From Gemmatimonas sp. (GTDB taxonomy: Bacteria > Gemmatimonadota > Gemmatimonadetes > Gemmatimonadales > Gemmatimonadaceae): a stretch of 64,000 nt of DNA. The translations under genes and the position numbers were made by a program. The stretch lies in the NCBI GenBank assembly GCA_031414535.1, contig JANNVQ010000030.1:64001-128000 (forward strand), in the 5' to 3' direction. The notes under the pieces were generated by a model. That model had not been told where the DNA came from. It saw nothing but the letters and a program-made list of their open reading frames with translations, and did not search any database. Each line of letters starts with the position of its first letter. Position 1 is the stretch's first letter. Below, piece by piece: positions 10,623 through 20,059 of this stretch.

Positions 10623-11554
10623 CGGCGACGCACACGCTTGATGAGCAGGACGACCGCCACCACGATGCTGCCAGCGACGATGCCAACCACGCCCTCGAGC
10701 AAGAGCTTCACCACGCCACCCAGCGCGCCGGAGCCATGCGCCGCCGCGTCAACCAGGTGCTCAATTGGCGCTACGCCATGCACGATGATGGATCCGCCCA
10801 CCAAGAACATCGCGGCCGTGCCCACCACCGACAGCGTACGCATCAACCAAGGCGCCGAGCGCAGAATGAAGGCACCAAACGCGCGGCTCGATGCCGCTGC
10901 GGGGTTCTTGCCGGCCGCGCGCGTAAGCCGCAATCCCAGATCATCCAGCTTCACGATGCCCGCCACCAATCCGTACACCAGCACGGTGATGCCCACACCA
11001 ATCACGCTCAGCGCGCCAATCTGCTGCGCGATGGGCGCCGTAGCCATGGTCCCCAGCGCGATGACCACGATCTCGGCAGAGAGAATGAAGTCCGTGCGGA
11101 TGGCACCCTTGATGCGCGTCTTCTCGAGCGCCACAAGGTCAATCTCCGGGTTCACCAGCGCGGCCACGCGCACTTCGCGAGCTGCCTTGTCCTGCTCGGC
11201 GTCCTCGCGGTGCAAGTACTTGTGCATGTACTTGTGCACAAGCTTCTCCACGCCTTCGAAGCAGAGAAACACACCGCCAATCATGAGCAAGGGGACAATC
11301 AGCCGCGGCACGAAGGCGCTGATAAGCAGCGCGGCCGGTACGAGAATCAGCTTGTTGACGAACGAGCCCTTGGCCACGGCCCACACCACCGGGAGCTCGC
11401 GGTCCGCCTGAAATCCGGTAACCTGCTCGGCGTTCAACGCGAGATCATCGCCGACTACACCGGAGGTTTTTTTAACCGCCACCTTGCTGAGGACGGCGAC
11501 GTCGTCAAGCAGGCTGGTGATGTCATCAAGCAGGGCGAGGAGACTGGTGGCCAT
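10619..11554 (-). CDS. DUF808 (YedI-like) inner membrane protein
   Basis: 'SLLALLDDI', 'GDDLALNAEQV', 'RELPVVWAVAKGS', 'GAIRTDFILSAEI'. Confidence 0.92.
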   Translation of the reverse strand: MATSLLALLDDITSLLDDVAVLSKVAVKKTSGVVGDDLALNAEQVTGFQADRELPVVWAVAKGSFVNKLILVPAALLISAFVPRLIVPLLMIGGVFLCFEGVEKLVHKYMHKYLHREDAEQDKAAREVRVAALVNPEIDLVALEKTRIKGAIRTDFILSAEIVVIALGTMATAPIAQQIGALSVIGVGITVLVYGLVAGIVKLDDLGLRLTRAAGKNPAAASSRAFGAFILRSAPWLMRTLSVVGTAAMFLVGGSIIVHGVAPIEHLVDAAAHGSGALGGVVKLLLEGVVGIVAGSIVVAVVLLIKRVRRR

Positions 11555-11571
11555 AGGCCTGAAAGCAAACC

Positions 11572-11617
11572 AATGAACAGCGCGGGGCAAGGTCATCCTT
11601 GCCCCGCGCTGTTCATT
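11572..11617 (-). terminator. 21-bp perfect hairpin, probable terminator of the upstream lipoprotein gene
   Basis: aatgaacagcgcggggcaagg-tcat-ccttgccccgcgctgttcatt. Confidence 0.7.
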
Positions 11618-11634
11618 CGTGAGGCGTCAGAGCC

Positions 11635-12438
11635 TCAGTCGTCGATCTCGACCTCGCAGCCGTCTTCGAATTCCACTTCGAACTCTACCAAGGTCCCCGT
11701 CGTCGCAAAGTTCGAGAGCGCCAAGTTGCGCACCGACCCGTCGGGGTTCTTGAACCAGAGGTCGGGCCACAGGTCAATGGTGAGGCCCGTGCTCGTGGCA
11801 TCGACCAAGAGCGGCGGCGAGAGCAGGCGCTCTACCTCGACCTCCGCATCGAAGTAGGTACGAAACGGCTGTGCCACGCCACCCGTGGGGGTAAACGTGC
11901 CGACGATGACCATCGAGGCACCGGCAGGCCAGTCAGAGTACGTCGCACGAACCTGCGCCAGCACCGCCGCGATGCGCGCGGCGTCCAAGGCTTCGTCCGC
12001 GTCACCCACGTCCACCTCAAGATCCTTGACCTCGAACTCTACGGCCGTGTAGGTGCCCTCGGGGATTCGGTCCGAGCCGATGGTCACCGCGCCTGAGCCC
12101 AAGGGCACATCCGCGACGAAGTAGCGTGATTCAAATGACCCGCAGTCTCCAGGGCCCGAACTATCGTCGTCACAGTCCATCACCGACTGACGCCGGAGTT
12201 CCAGTTCGTTGACGATGAGCTTGATATCCGTAATCAGCAGGGTCCCGTTGGTACCCGCGATGGAGAGGCCCCCGCTCTGCTCCACGCTGCTGCCCACCAC
12301 CGCCGGCGCCGTCATCCGAATGACCGCACTGCTGCCGGCGTCGGTTCCGGTATCGCAGGCGGAGAGCGTCAAGGCGAGGCCAAGCCCAAGAACAATGGCA
12401 CGCGGGGGCTGAGAGGCGTATCGTGTGTGCTTTTGCAT
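11635..12438 (-). CDS. Hypothetical lipoprotein (acidic, beta-rich)
   Basis: AGGAG upstream of ATG 12438; lipobox 'LSAC'. Confidence 0.7.
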   Translation of the reverse strand: MQKHTRYASQPPRAIVLGLGLALTLSACDTGTDAGSSAVIRMTAPAVVGSSVEQSGGLSIAGTNGTLLITDIKLIVNELELRRQSVMDCDDDSSGPGDCGSFESRYFVADVPLGSGAVTIGSDRIPEGTYTAVEFEVKDLEVDVGDADEALDAARIAAVLAQVRATYSDWPAGASMVIVGTFTPTGGVAQPFRTYFDAEVEVERLLSPPLLVDATSTGLTIDLWPDLWFKNPDGSVRNLALSNFATTGTLVEFEVEFEDGCEVEIDD

Positions 12439-12649
12439 AATGGTACTCCTGTACATGTGATTACGAGCCGAGGGAATCAATCACTCGTACACTAAAGATG
12501 TATGCATGATGCTTCTGACCCGTGTGCGCAAAATCACAGAACGAACGGGAACTTTTTTCGGCATCGCACGCAGGGGATTTGCTGTGGTTGCCTATTCGAT
12601 GCTCGGTTCGTCAGGTACATTTTCCAAACACTCTCTTCTGAGGAACGCC

Positions 12650-12973
12650 ATGCTCGTCGTCACCACCGAAACTGTCGAAGGCAAGCCAATCAAGAAGCAC
12701 CTGGGCCTCGTCAGCGGAGAAGCAATTCTGGGTGCAAACATCTTCCGCGACTTCTTCGCGGGTATCCGCGACATCGTGGGTGGCCGCTCCGCCGCCTATG
12801 AGGAAGAGCTCCGCAAGGCGAAGGACATCGCCATTCAGGAAATGCAGCAGCAGGCGGCAGCGATGGGGGGCAACGCCGTCGTCGGCGTGGACCTCGATTA
12901 CGAGAACATCACCGTCGGCGCGAGTGGCGGCATGTTGATGGTGAGCGCGAGCGGCACCGCGGTCGTGCTGTAG
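12650..12973 (+). CDS. YbjQ/UPF0145 heavy-metal-binding family protein
   Basis: '[25 protein letters not shown]', '[12 protein letters not shown]', '[11 protein letters not shown]'. Confidence 0.93.
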   Translation: MLVVTTETVEGKPIKKHLGLVSGEAILGANIFRDFFAGIRDIVGGRSAAYEEELRKAKDIAIQEMQQQAAAMGGNAVVGVDLDYENITVGASGGMLMVSASGTAVVL

Positions 12974-12994
12974 TCACAGCACGGCCGGCCTCAT

Positions 12995-14119
12995 TCAAGG
13001 GAGTCGCGCCCGCTCCTCAAAACGCGTGAAGTCCGCGCCGAGCACACGCAACGAGAGCTCGGCGCGGAGGGCGGCAGGAGGCAACTCCACTGCAAAGCGC
13101 GGCCCGTCGAGCCTCGCGCGACGTCCATTCACAAACAACTTGGCCCCGGGCGCTAACCCGAGAGCCCGCCCAACCAGCGTGTAGTTGTTCTCCACGCCTT
13201 CGAGCGTGAGGGTTGGGCAGTCCCGCTCACAGCCGGCCCAACGCGCGGTGTCTCGGAGCGCGCCAGCCGCGGACTCGGCCGCGGCATCAGCCCCCAGGAC
13301 AAGGTCCGCACCGGCCTCGTGCACCATGATGGGCGCGTCGAGCCGATACACAACCCGAGGCACCAGCGTGGAGAACAGCGCGAGGCCACGCGCAGCTCGC
13401 TCCTCCTCGAGCGATTCCACAAACGCCGCCGTCAACACCCCACTCTCGCCCGACGCAAACATGAGGGCAGTCGGTGCGCCCGGTGTAGCAAAGGCGGCGA
13501 GATCCTTCGTGGCTCGCAGCGCTGCGGGAGGTGCCGCCAGACGCTCGCGCACGTTGTGAAAGAAGCTTGAGGCCTCCGGAGCCTCCAGCACCACAAACAT
13601 CTGACGGGCCGGCAGGGTGATCATCCAGTTCGCCATTACCTCGTGGCGCAGGATGCGTGCCTCAAACGAGGCCGGCGGCCGCTCCCCCGCACTTCTCGGT
13701 GCAGGCGGCATCGGCAACGTGTCGGCGAGCACGAGGAAGCGCGGTCCGCCGAGCCCCCGAAAGTACAGCGCCACCAGATCATTCGGACCGGCACTTCGCT
13801 GCACCGAGTCGAGCGCGGCCATCAGCGCGGCGCGCGTAGCCGACGCGCCCACGAGTGTGTGCGCCTGCACCGAATAGAACGGCATCGCGAGTTGGCTCAT
13901 CGCGACGGCCACACGCACCGCGTCCTCCTCGGCACCTGCTTGGCGTAAGGCCGGGCTACCGTACTGCGCAATACCAATGGTGATCACATGGAGCTTGGGA
14001 CGCGTGTCGTTCAACGTGGGCCCGCTTAGATGCGACAATGGGGATGACGGCCGACAGCCCGTCATCCCCACAAGCCACAGCCCAACCAAGGCGCCTCGCA
14101 GCGCCTGCCACGGGATCAC
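12995..14119 (-). CDS. Lipoprotein with a degenerate caspase (peptidase C14) domain; predicted inactive
   Basis: GTG 14119 overlaps the upstream TGA; lipobox 'MTGC'; 'ITIGIAQY', 'ATRAALMAAL', 'DLVALYFRGLG' (for FAGHG), 'FVVLEAP' (for LDAC), 'SGVLTAAFVESL'. Confidence 0.7.
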   Translation of the reverse strand: MIPWQALRGALVGLWLVGMTGCRPSSPLSHLSGPTLNDTRPKLHVITIGIAQYGSPALRQAGAEEDAVRVAVAMSQLAMPFYSVQAHTLVGASATRAALMAALDSVQRSAGPNDLVALYFRGLGGPRFLVLADTLPMPPAPRSAGERPPASFEARILRHEVMANWMITLPARQMFVVLEAPEASSFFHNVRERLAAPPAALRATKDLAAFATPGAPTALMFASGESGVLTAAFVESLEEERAARGLALFSTLVPRVVYRLDAPIMVHEAGADLVLGADAAAESAAGALRDTARWAGCERDCPTLTLEGVENNYTLVGRALGLAPGAKLFVNGRRARLDGPRFAVELPPAALRAELSLRVLGADFTRFEERARLP

Positions 14120-15561
14120 TGGAGGCGTGCGGCCAGCGGCGACCAATCGAAGATGGACAGCGACACGTACATCCGCGGCTTGCCATAGGTGTCCGTCGTG
14201 CTCAATTCGGAAGGATCGGCGAGTACGCTGCCCTCCGACAATCCCACGAGTTGGCGACTTCGCATCCATGCGGCCCCAACTCCAATCCGAAGGAAAGTCC
14301 GGCTCGCTGCAATGCCAACACCGAACGTCGGCGTGCTGCCAGCGCCAACGACGATCTCCGGGAGCCAGAACGCCGTACCATTGATATGCCGCTGATCGAG
14401 TACGCCATACGTGAATCCCAAGACGCCAGCGGCGCTGAAGCGTGCGTCGCTGGTGCCCGTGCGCGCCACCACCGTACTGGTACCACTCGTCGCGGTGCCC
14501 CAGCGCGGAAAGCGGGCGGTGGGTGCCGCGAGCCCACCAATGCTCAGCGCAGGTGAGATGAGGACACGCGGCTGCACCGTGACGGTCCACTCCACCTTCG
14601 GGAGGGTCGCGACGCGCGCGAGTTCCCGCTCGGAGCGTGGCAGTGCGGTGATGGTCATGCGCCGCGCGGAGCCCGCGCGCGCCGCGACGGTGTCAAGCGC
14701 GAGCGCGGAACAAGCGCCACCAACAATGCCGACCAACTGCTCAAGCTGATACGCGGAGGTCACGAGGGACTCGTAATCGTCAAGCATACGCGCCGCGCGC
14801 GATTTTTCGACGAGCGCGGAGTCGTACGTGGCCTGCCACGACTTGACGTCGCTGAAGGCTGGGCCCGCGAGTGCTTCCCCTAAAGCCGCTTGCGCACGTG
14901 CCGTCTCAAAGACGCTCGCCAAAAGATTCCGCGCGGTGGGCAAGCGGACCGGCGCATCATTCCCACACGACACGGGGACAGGTAGCAGCTCTTGCAATTC
15001 CACCGTCGCTTCTTCAGGCGCCACACCAAAACGCATGCGTTCAAGCGCATACAGCGTGGTCGTCTGCAACTGCTGAATCCCGGCGCGCCCCTGCACCGCT
15101 ACATCCACTCGGGCCGCCGCGAGACGAATCGCTGACGCCGCCTCGCTGAGGTCCCGACGATCTGACTCCGCCATTGCCGCCATCGCCTCAGCGGCAGCGG
15201 CATCGGAATCGCCGCCGCGCCCGCCGAGCGCTGCTGCTACCTTCTGCAGCTCTGGCATGTACGGGGCTGAACGAAGAATCAGCGACGTCACTGTTTCCAC
15301 TTCCGGCAAGGGCACGGCAGCCTGTGACGATTCAAAGCGATAAAGGGCCGTGTTAGACCCCACGACCCGGATCTCGACGGGCACCCCGCGTGGCACGCGT
15401 ATCGTCGGGTTGCGTCCGACGACGCTCGTGTCGCTGCGTCCGTTTACTGTGTAAATGAAGCGTGCGATGCCGCTCTTGTGATCTATCTCAACACGCCCGT
15501 GCCGCTCCTGCGCCGCCAGCGGCAGAGCCGCGGCGGCGAGGAGCATCAAAGCGAGCTTCAT
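14116..15561 (-). CDS. Secreted hypothetical protein with a helical core and a beta-strand-rich C-terminus
   Basis: Signal peptide MKLALMLLAAAALPLAA-Q; operonic spacing with neighbours. Confidence 0.7.
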   Translation of the reverse strand: MKLALMLLAAAALPLAAQERHGRVEIDHKSGIARFIYTVNGRSDTSVVGRNPTIRVPRGVPVEIRVVGSNTALYRFESSQAAVPLPEVETVTSLILRSAPYMPELQKVAAALGGRGGDSDAAAAEAMAAMAESDRRDLSEAASAIRLAAARVDVAVQGRAGIQQLQTTTLYALERMRFGVAPEEATVELQELLPVPVSCGNDAPVRLPTARNLLASVFETARAQAALGEALAGPAFSDVKSWQATYDSALVEKSRAARMLDDYESLVTSAYQLEQLVGIVGGACSALALDTVAARAGSARRMTITALPRSERELARVATLPKVEWTVTVQPRVLISPALSIGGLAAPTARFPRWGTATSGTSTVVARTGTSDARFSAAGVLGFTYGVLDQRHINGTAFWLPEIVVGAGSTPTFGVGIAASRTFLRIGVGAAWMRSRQLVGLSEGSVLADPSELSTTDTYGKPRMYVSLSIFDWSPLAARLQ

Positions 15562-15575
15562 GTCACACACGCGAA

Positions 15576-17456
15576 CTAATTCCGACCTGCGCCGACACCA
15601 ATCACGTTGCCGTTGTTCGCCACCACAATCAGCGACCACGAACCCTTATTCCAGCGGTGCACCGTGCCCTGACTACCCTGCTGCTGGAGCTCCGAGTTTC
15701 CGTGCGCCGCGGTCACGCTGGCGAAGGTGCTGCCCACGGTCACACCAGCAACGGCACCACCCTCGCGACGTTCAATGGCGAACAGCTTCACGAGGCCCTC
15801 TTCATCGAGCACGATGGAGAGACCGCGCGCCGGATACCGCCACACCGTGCCAGCGGCATCCTGGCCACCCTGTGGCTCACCGAGCGCCGCCACGATGCGC
15901 GAACGCGTGGCACCAAGCTCTACACCGTTCACGTTCGGTGCCGGTGAGGCCGTCGGTGGCGTGGACGGCGTCACGGCCGGAACCGCGCCGCCGGCCGCAC
16001 GGGCGATCTCCTGCGCCTCACGCGCCCAAGTCGAACGGCCGTCACGCTGGATGTAGCGCGTCACGTAGCGATTCGCTCCGTCACGGTCACCCATCGCCAG
16101 CGACACGCGGGCGAGGTTGAACAGCACCTGCGCCGGCACGGCCGTTCCCGAGGCCTGCTCGGCGCGCGTGAACGCGTCCTTGGCCTCGGCGTTCCGGTTG
16201 GCGAGGAAGTACACCACGCCAAGGTTGTTGAGCACGGCGGGATCACGCGGCGCACGAGTGGCCGCGAGGGTCGCCTTCTCAATGGCCGGCGCCGTCTCGC
16301 CATCGTACGCCTCAATGACGGCCAAGTTCGAGAGCGTGTACGGATGCGCGTCGCGCGTGAACAGTACGGTGAAGGCCTCGCGCGCCGGACGGCGAGCGGC
16401 AATGCCCTGACTCGGGTTCGAACCGCGGATGGCGCCCATGAAGCGCGCGTCATACGCGGGCAGCATTGGACGAAGCTTCAATTCGGACGGTTCAGAACCC
16501 GCCAGCCACTGCTGGGCCAACACCACCGCCCGTGCGTGCTGCGCGGCCGCCAACTGCGGGAACGCCGCGAGCACGCGGTCGAGCATGGCAATCGCGGTAT
16601 CCGGAAGTTCATTGGCCTGGATCAGCGCGATGGCGTCGTCGTAGTCGCGCTGCAGGAGCTTGAGTTGGCCGCGGGCGACTTCGAGCATCGCCACGCGCTC
16701 AGCAGCGCGCGGGTGACCGCCGGTCCACGTGATGCGATTGCGCCAACTGCGACTGTTGCGCTCGTCGCGGTCCATCGAATCAAAGAGATCGATGGCGTCC
16801 TGCACTTCGTAGCCGATGCGCAGGATGTACACGGCGCCTGCGCGGTCAGCCTCCAGCTCTTGGTCGCGCTCAAACCGCGTAGCCGCCATGAGGACGGAGT
16901 CGCGGACAACAGCGCCCATGGTCTGCGCTTGGCTCAAACGCCGCGTCATCTCCTGCCGGCGCTGCATAGTGCGATTCACGTTCTCCGTGTGGCCGAGCTC
17001 GAGATGCCCGAACTCGTGGCCAATGACGGCCGCCATGCAGCCCATGTAAGCTCGGCGCTTGGCCGTGGCGTCCGAGGGTGCCTTGGTGCTCGCGTACTCA
17101 TTGCAATACAACGAGAGACCCACGTTGATGAGCATACCGCCGCCAGGAATCGCCGCCGCATTGAGCGACGAGTCCATGATGATTTCCCACTTGAGCGGAT
17201 GCGTGTCGTAACTCACGGTGCGCTGCACCGCTTGGATGATGCCGCCAATGTCGGCGCGGCGCTGAGGGTCCGTGTCGCGCCCAAAGCGACGCACACGATC
17301 CGCGAGCACTTGGTCGGTGATGTCCCGCAGCTGCTGGTCGGACATCATGTTGTCCCGCGCCGAGAGGTTCTGCTGGGCCGAAACGGACGACGCCGCGATA
17401 CCCATCGCGACAAGGGCGCCAAGAGCGCGGCGCATCAAACTGTGTGTGCGTGACAT
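15576..17456 (-). CDS. Exported M48-family metalloprotease with TPR repeats
   Basis: 'LNAAAIPGG', 'AAVIGHEFGH', 'QELEADRAG', 'HP..ERV'; TPR-like 'VLNNLGVVY' and 'VLFNLARV'; signal peptide. Confidence 0.88.
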   Translation of the reverse strand: MSRTHSLMRRALGALVAMGIAASSVSAQQNLSARDNMMSDQQLRDITDQVLADRVRRFGRDTDPQRRADIGGIIQAVQRTVSYDTHPLKWEIIMDSSLNAAAIPGGGMLINVGLSLYCNEYASTKAPSDATAKRRAYMGCMAAVIGHEFGHLELGHTENVNRTMQRRQEMTRRLSQAQTMGAVVRDSVLMAATRFERDQELEADRAGAVYILRIGYEVQDAIDLFDSMDRDERNSRSWRNRITWTGGHPRAAERVAMLEVARGQLKLLQRDYDDAIALIQANELPDTAIAMLDRVLAAFPQLAAAQHARAVVLAQQWLAGSEPSELKLRPMLPAYDARFMGAIRGSNPSQGIAARRPAREAFTVLFTRDAHPYTLSNLAVIEAYDGETAPAIEKATLAATRAPRDPAVLNNLGVVYFLANRNAEAKDAFTRAEQASGTAVPAQVLFNLARVSLAMGDRDGANRYVTRYIQRDGRSTWAREAQEIARAAGGAVPAVTPSTPPTASPAPNVNGVELGATRSRIVAALGEPQGGQDAAGTVWRYPARGLSIVLDEEGLVKLFAIERREGGAVAGVTVGSTFASVTAAHGNSELQQQGSQGTVHRWNKGSWSLIVVANNGNVIGVGAGRN

Positions 17457-17500
17457 GGGATCGGGATTTGGGAACGAGACAAAACAAAGATGGGGATATT

Positions 17501-19804
17501 CTACGGCGCCGTGCTGCGAATGACGATACGGTCGAGCGACCAATTGAGCGGGGCCTGCGTGGTGGTGCCGCGTGTACGGTTACCGGTTCCACCCAAAAGC
17601 GTCGACAGCCCGCCTGCTGCTGCGCCACGGGTGGCCGAGCGCACGCCCGACCATTCGAAAGCCCATGGCTCGATAATCTCGTCTGAGGACAGAAGCAGGA
17701 AGGAGTCCACGCCGAAAGGCGCGCCCACCCCAAACTGGCTCTGCGGCCCAAGCGGGATGTTGGTGGGCCAGCGTCCGCTGGGCGCGCGCTCAAACGGCAC
17801 ACGATTCTCCACGTTGGCCGACTGCGGGTAGATGAGCGCCGAGTTGCCGTAGGAGTCAATCGCAAACACATAGATGCGACGACGCTCGATGCGCTCCGAG
17901 ACCGCGGCGGAGTCCGCGACGAGTTCAATCTCGTACTGCTCTCCGCCCACAAACGGACCTTCGGTACGCAGTGCGCCATCACGCACGCGGCGGAAGGCCA
18001 GGCGATACGGAAAGGTGCGACCGCCCGGAGGCGCCTCCAGCAGGAACCAGGACCTCACGCGTGCCAAAGTGAAGGCCTTATCGGCCAACTGCGAGACGAC
18101 GCGCTGTTCACCATCGGCCGCATTCAGCCACTCCGTGCGCAGCGGCAGTGGCGAGGTGTTGGCAATCGCCTCGGATGCCGTGGGTTGCACCAGTGCGTAC
18201 TGCACACCGTTGCCCGTCGTGCGTCCGACCAGTGCGTACGTCGCATTGCCAATCTCGTTCACGAGCTGCACCGAGCTTCCCGCGGGAAACGAGCCGGACA
18301 ACTGCGCGGCCACCGCCGCCGTGGGCGGAAGATTCAAGAAGAAGCGCACGGCGCTCGCACTCCCACGCAGGCGCGCCAACCGCTCACGCAACACGGCCGG
18401 CGTGATGCGGCGCGGCAAGGCGATGGCGGCCGCACCACTTGGCTTCAACTCCCAGCCTGCCGTGCCCCACTGCATCACCACGAAGGGCAGTGAATCCGTG
18501 GGCAGCGCCGCGAGATCGTCGAGCCATTCAATGCCATCTTCACCGCGCAGCTCACTGGCCGAATCCGCCACGGCCTGCAAGGCTGCCGCATCCGGACCAG
18601 CCGCGGCCACAAATAGCGTCACGCCCGCACTCGGCGCCGACACCCAGCGCTCCAGCACGAAGAGATCGCCCACCTGCACGCGCCCGGCGTCGCCGGTGGT
18701 CACGCGACCGCGCGTGCGACTGATGCCAAGCACCGTATCAACCGTGATGCGTACGCTCGAGTCGGCGCCGGTGGAAAGCTTGCGGAGCACGGCACCGCCG
18801 CGAATGCCCAACGCGGGGCCACCCTGCAACTCGACGCCGTTAAGGCCGATGCGCAACACGGCCACGGACGTCGTGCCATCGCCAGCCGCCGAGCCGCCAA
18901 AGAGCGGCCGCAACTGGCGCTCGCTCGTGGCGTCGAGCACCGGCTCTTGCGGCAAGCCATCCATCTGCATGCGCGCGCGCATGCGGCGGAACACGTTCAC
19001 CGCCGATTCGCCGGGCGGCACGTTGTTGAGCGTCTCGATGAGTGCCACGGTGAACACGCCGCGTGGCTCGCCGCTGGGCCCCGCGCGTTCAAGGGCCGAC
19101 TGGTAGTCTTGGGCAGCCGAGATCACCAGCGCACCACGACGGTCCGGTGACTCGTCCACGCCGAGGCCGGGATCGGCGGCGTCGCGCTCATCGATGGCCG
19201 CCCAACGCTCAACGGCTTGCGAGAGCCCTCCCCGTGTGATGGAACCCGAGTGGCAGGAATCGAAAATCAGAATGAGTTCGACGCCCTTGTCTAAGAACGG
19301 ATTAAACAAGCGCGCCAGTTCTTTGTCGCGAATATCGAAGGCACCGATGTTGGCATCAGCCACGACGATGGTTTGATCGAGCTTGCTCGGGCTATTGTTG
19401 AGCGTGTTGCGACGCTGCGATCCGTGGCCCGCGTAGTAGAACACCACGACGTCGCCGCGCTCGGATTTCGCCAGCAACTCGTTGACGGCCGCGACCACCG
19501 CCTCGCGCGTGGCTGCGGCGTCCGTGAGCAATTGTGTATTTTGCTGCGGAAAGCCAAAGCGACCCACCAAGAGATCGCGCATGGAGGTGGCATCGTTCAC
19601 GGCGCCATTGAGGTTCGTGATGCGGCGTGCGGTGGTAAACTGCGAGCCCGTGGGAGAACTCACTGCGTCGTAGCGATTGATGCCGACCGCGAGCGCGCGC
19701 TTGGTCTGCGCTTCAAGAAAGCTCGTCGCCAACAGGAAGAGCGCCGCAAGGAGCGTCGCGCGGCTGAGAGGCCTGCTGACTTGCTGAGCGAGAGAGACGA
19801 GCAC
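17501..19804 (-). CDS. Exported caspase-family (C14) protease with a C-terminal DUF4384-like domain
   Basis: 'KRALAVGINRY', 'LNGAVNDA', 'FYYAGHGS', 'IFDSCHSG', 'RGVFTVALIETL', 'QEP'; start codon approximate. Confidence 0.88.
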   Translation of the reverse strand: MLVSLAQQVSRPLSRATLLAALFLLATSFLEAQTKRALAVGINRYDAVSSPTGSQFTTARRITNLNGAVNDATSMRDLLVGRFGFPQQNTQLLTDAAATREAVVAAVNELLAKSERGDVVVFYYAGHGSQRRNTLNNSPSKLDQTIVVADANIGAFDIRDKELARLFNPFLDKGVELILIFDSCHSGSITRGGLSQAVERWAAIDERDAADPGLGVDESPDRRGALVISAAQDYQSALERAGPSGEPRGVFTVALIETLNNVPPGESAVNVFRRMRARMQMDGLPQEPVLDATSERQLRPLFGGSAAGDGTTSVAVLRIGLNGVELQGGPALGIRGGAVLRKLSTGADSSVRITVDTVLGISRTRGRVTTGDAGRVQVGDLFVLERWVSAPSAGVTLFVAAAGPDAAALQAVADSASELRGEDGIEWLDDLAALPTDSLPFVVMQWGTAGWELKPSGAAAIALPRRITPAVLRERLARLRGSASAVRFFLNLPPTAAVAAQLSGSFPAGSSVQLVNEIGNATYALVGRTTGNGVQYALVQPTASEAIANTSPLPLRTEWLNAADGEQRVVSQLADKAFTLARVRSWFLLEAPPGGRTFPYRLAFRRVRDGALRTEGPFVGGEQYEIELVADSAAVSERIERRRIYVFAIDSYGNSALIYPQSANVENRVPFERAPSGRWPTNIPLGPQSQFGVGAPFGVDSFLLLSSDEIIEPWAFEWSGVRSATRGAAAGGLSTLLGGTGNRTRGTTTQAPLNWSLDRIVIRSTAP

Positions 19805-20059
19805 GTTCGCGGAATGATGAGTGAAGTGGAGTGGCGCGCAGCGCAATCACGATCTCGCGGCTGTGCTACACCGCGAGTTCCTACGAGATCATTGCGTGAC
19901 CGGCGTCACCAAAGACGTAGGACATCAGGAACGAGTGGAACACTTAGAAGAAGCGGTGAATACAAGAGCCGCGCAACAGCACCACACCCATTGCGCATCA
20001 TGCCCGCCGCAATGCAACGTCCGTTGTCTGTAAATCTCCTCTCCAGTTGGAGCTCCGCA

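Noticed and set aside
14120..14590. N-terminal extension of the 531-aa ORF 12995-14590
   Set aside because: Overlaps the upstream gene in another frame; GTG 14119 gives a lipoprotein signal and stop/start coupling
19373..20059. N-terminal part of the 390-aa ORF 19373-20545
   Set aside because: Antisense to the caspase and crosses the divergent promoter gap; the real start is probably ATG 20060
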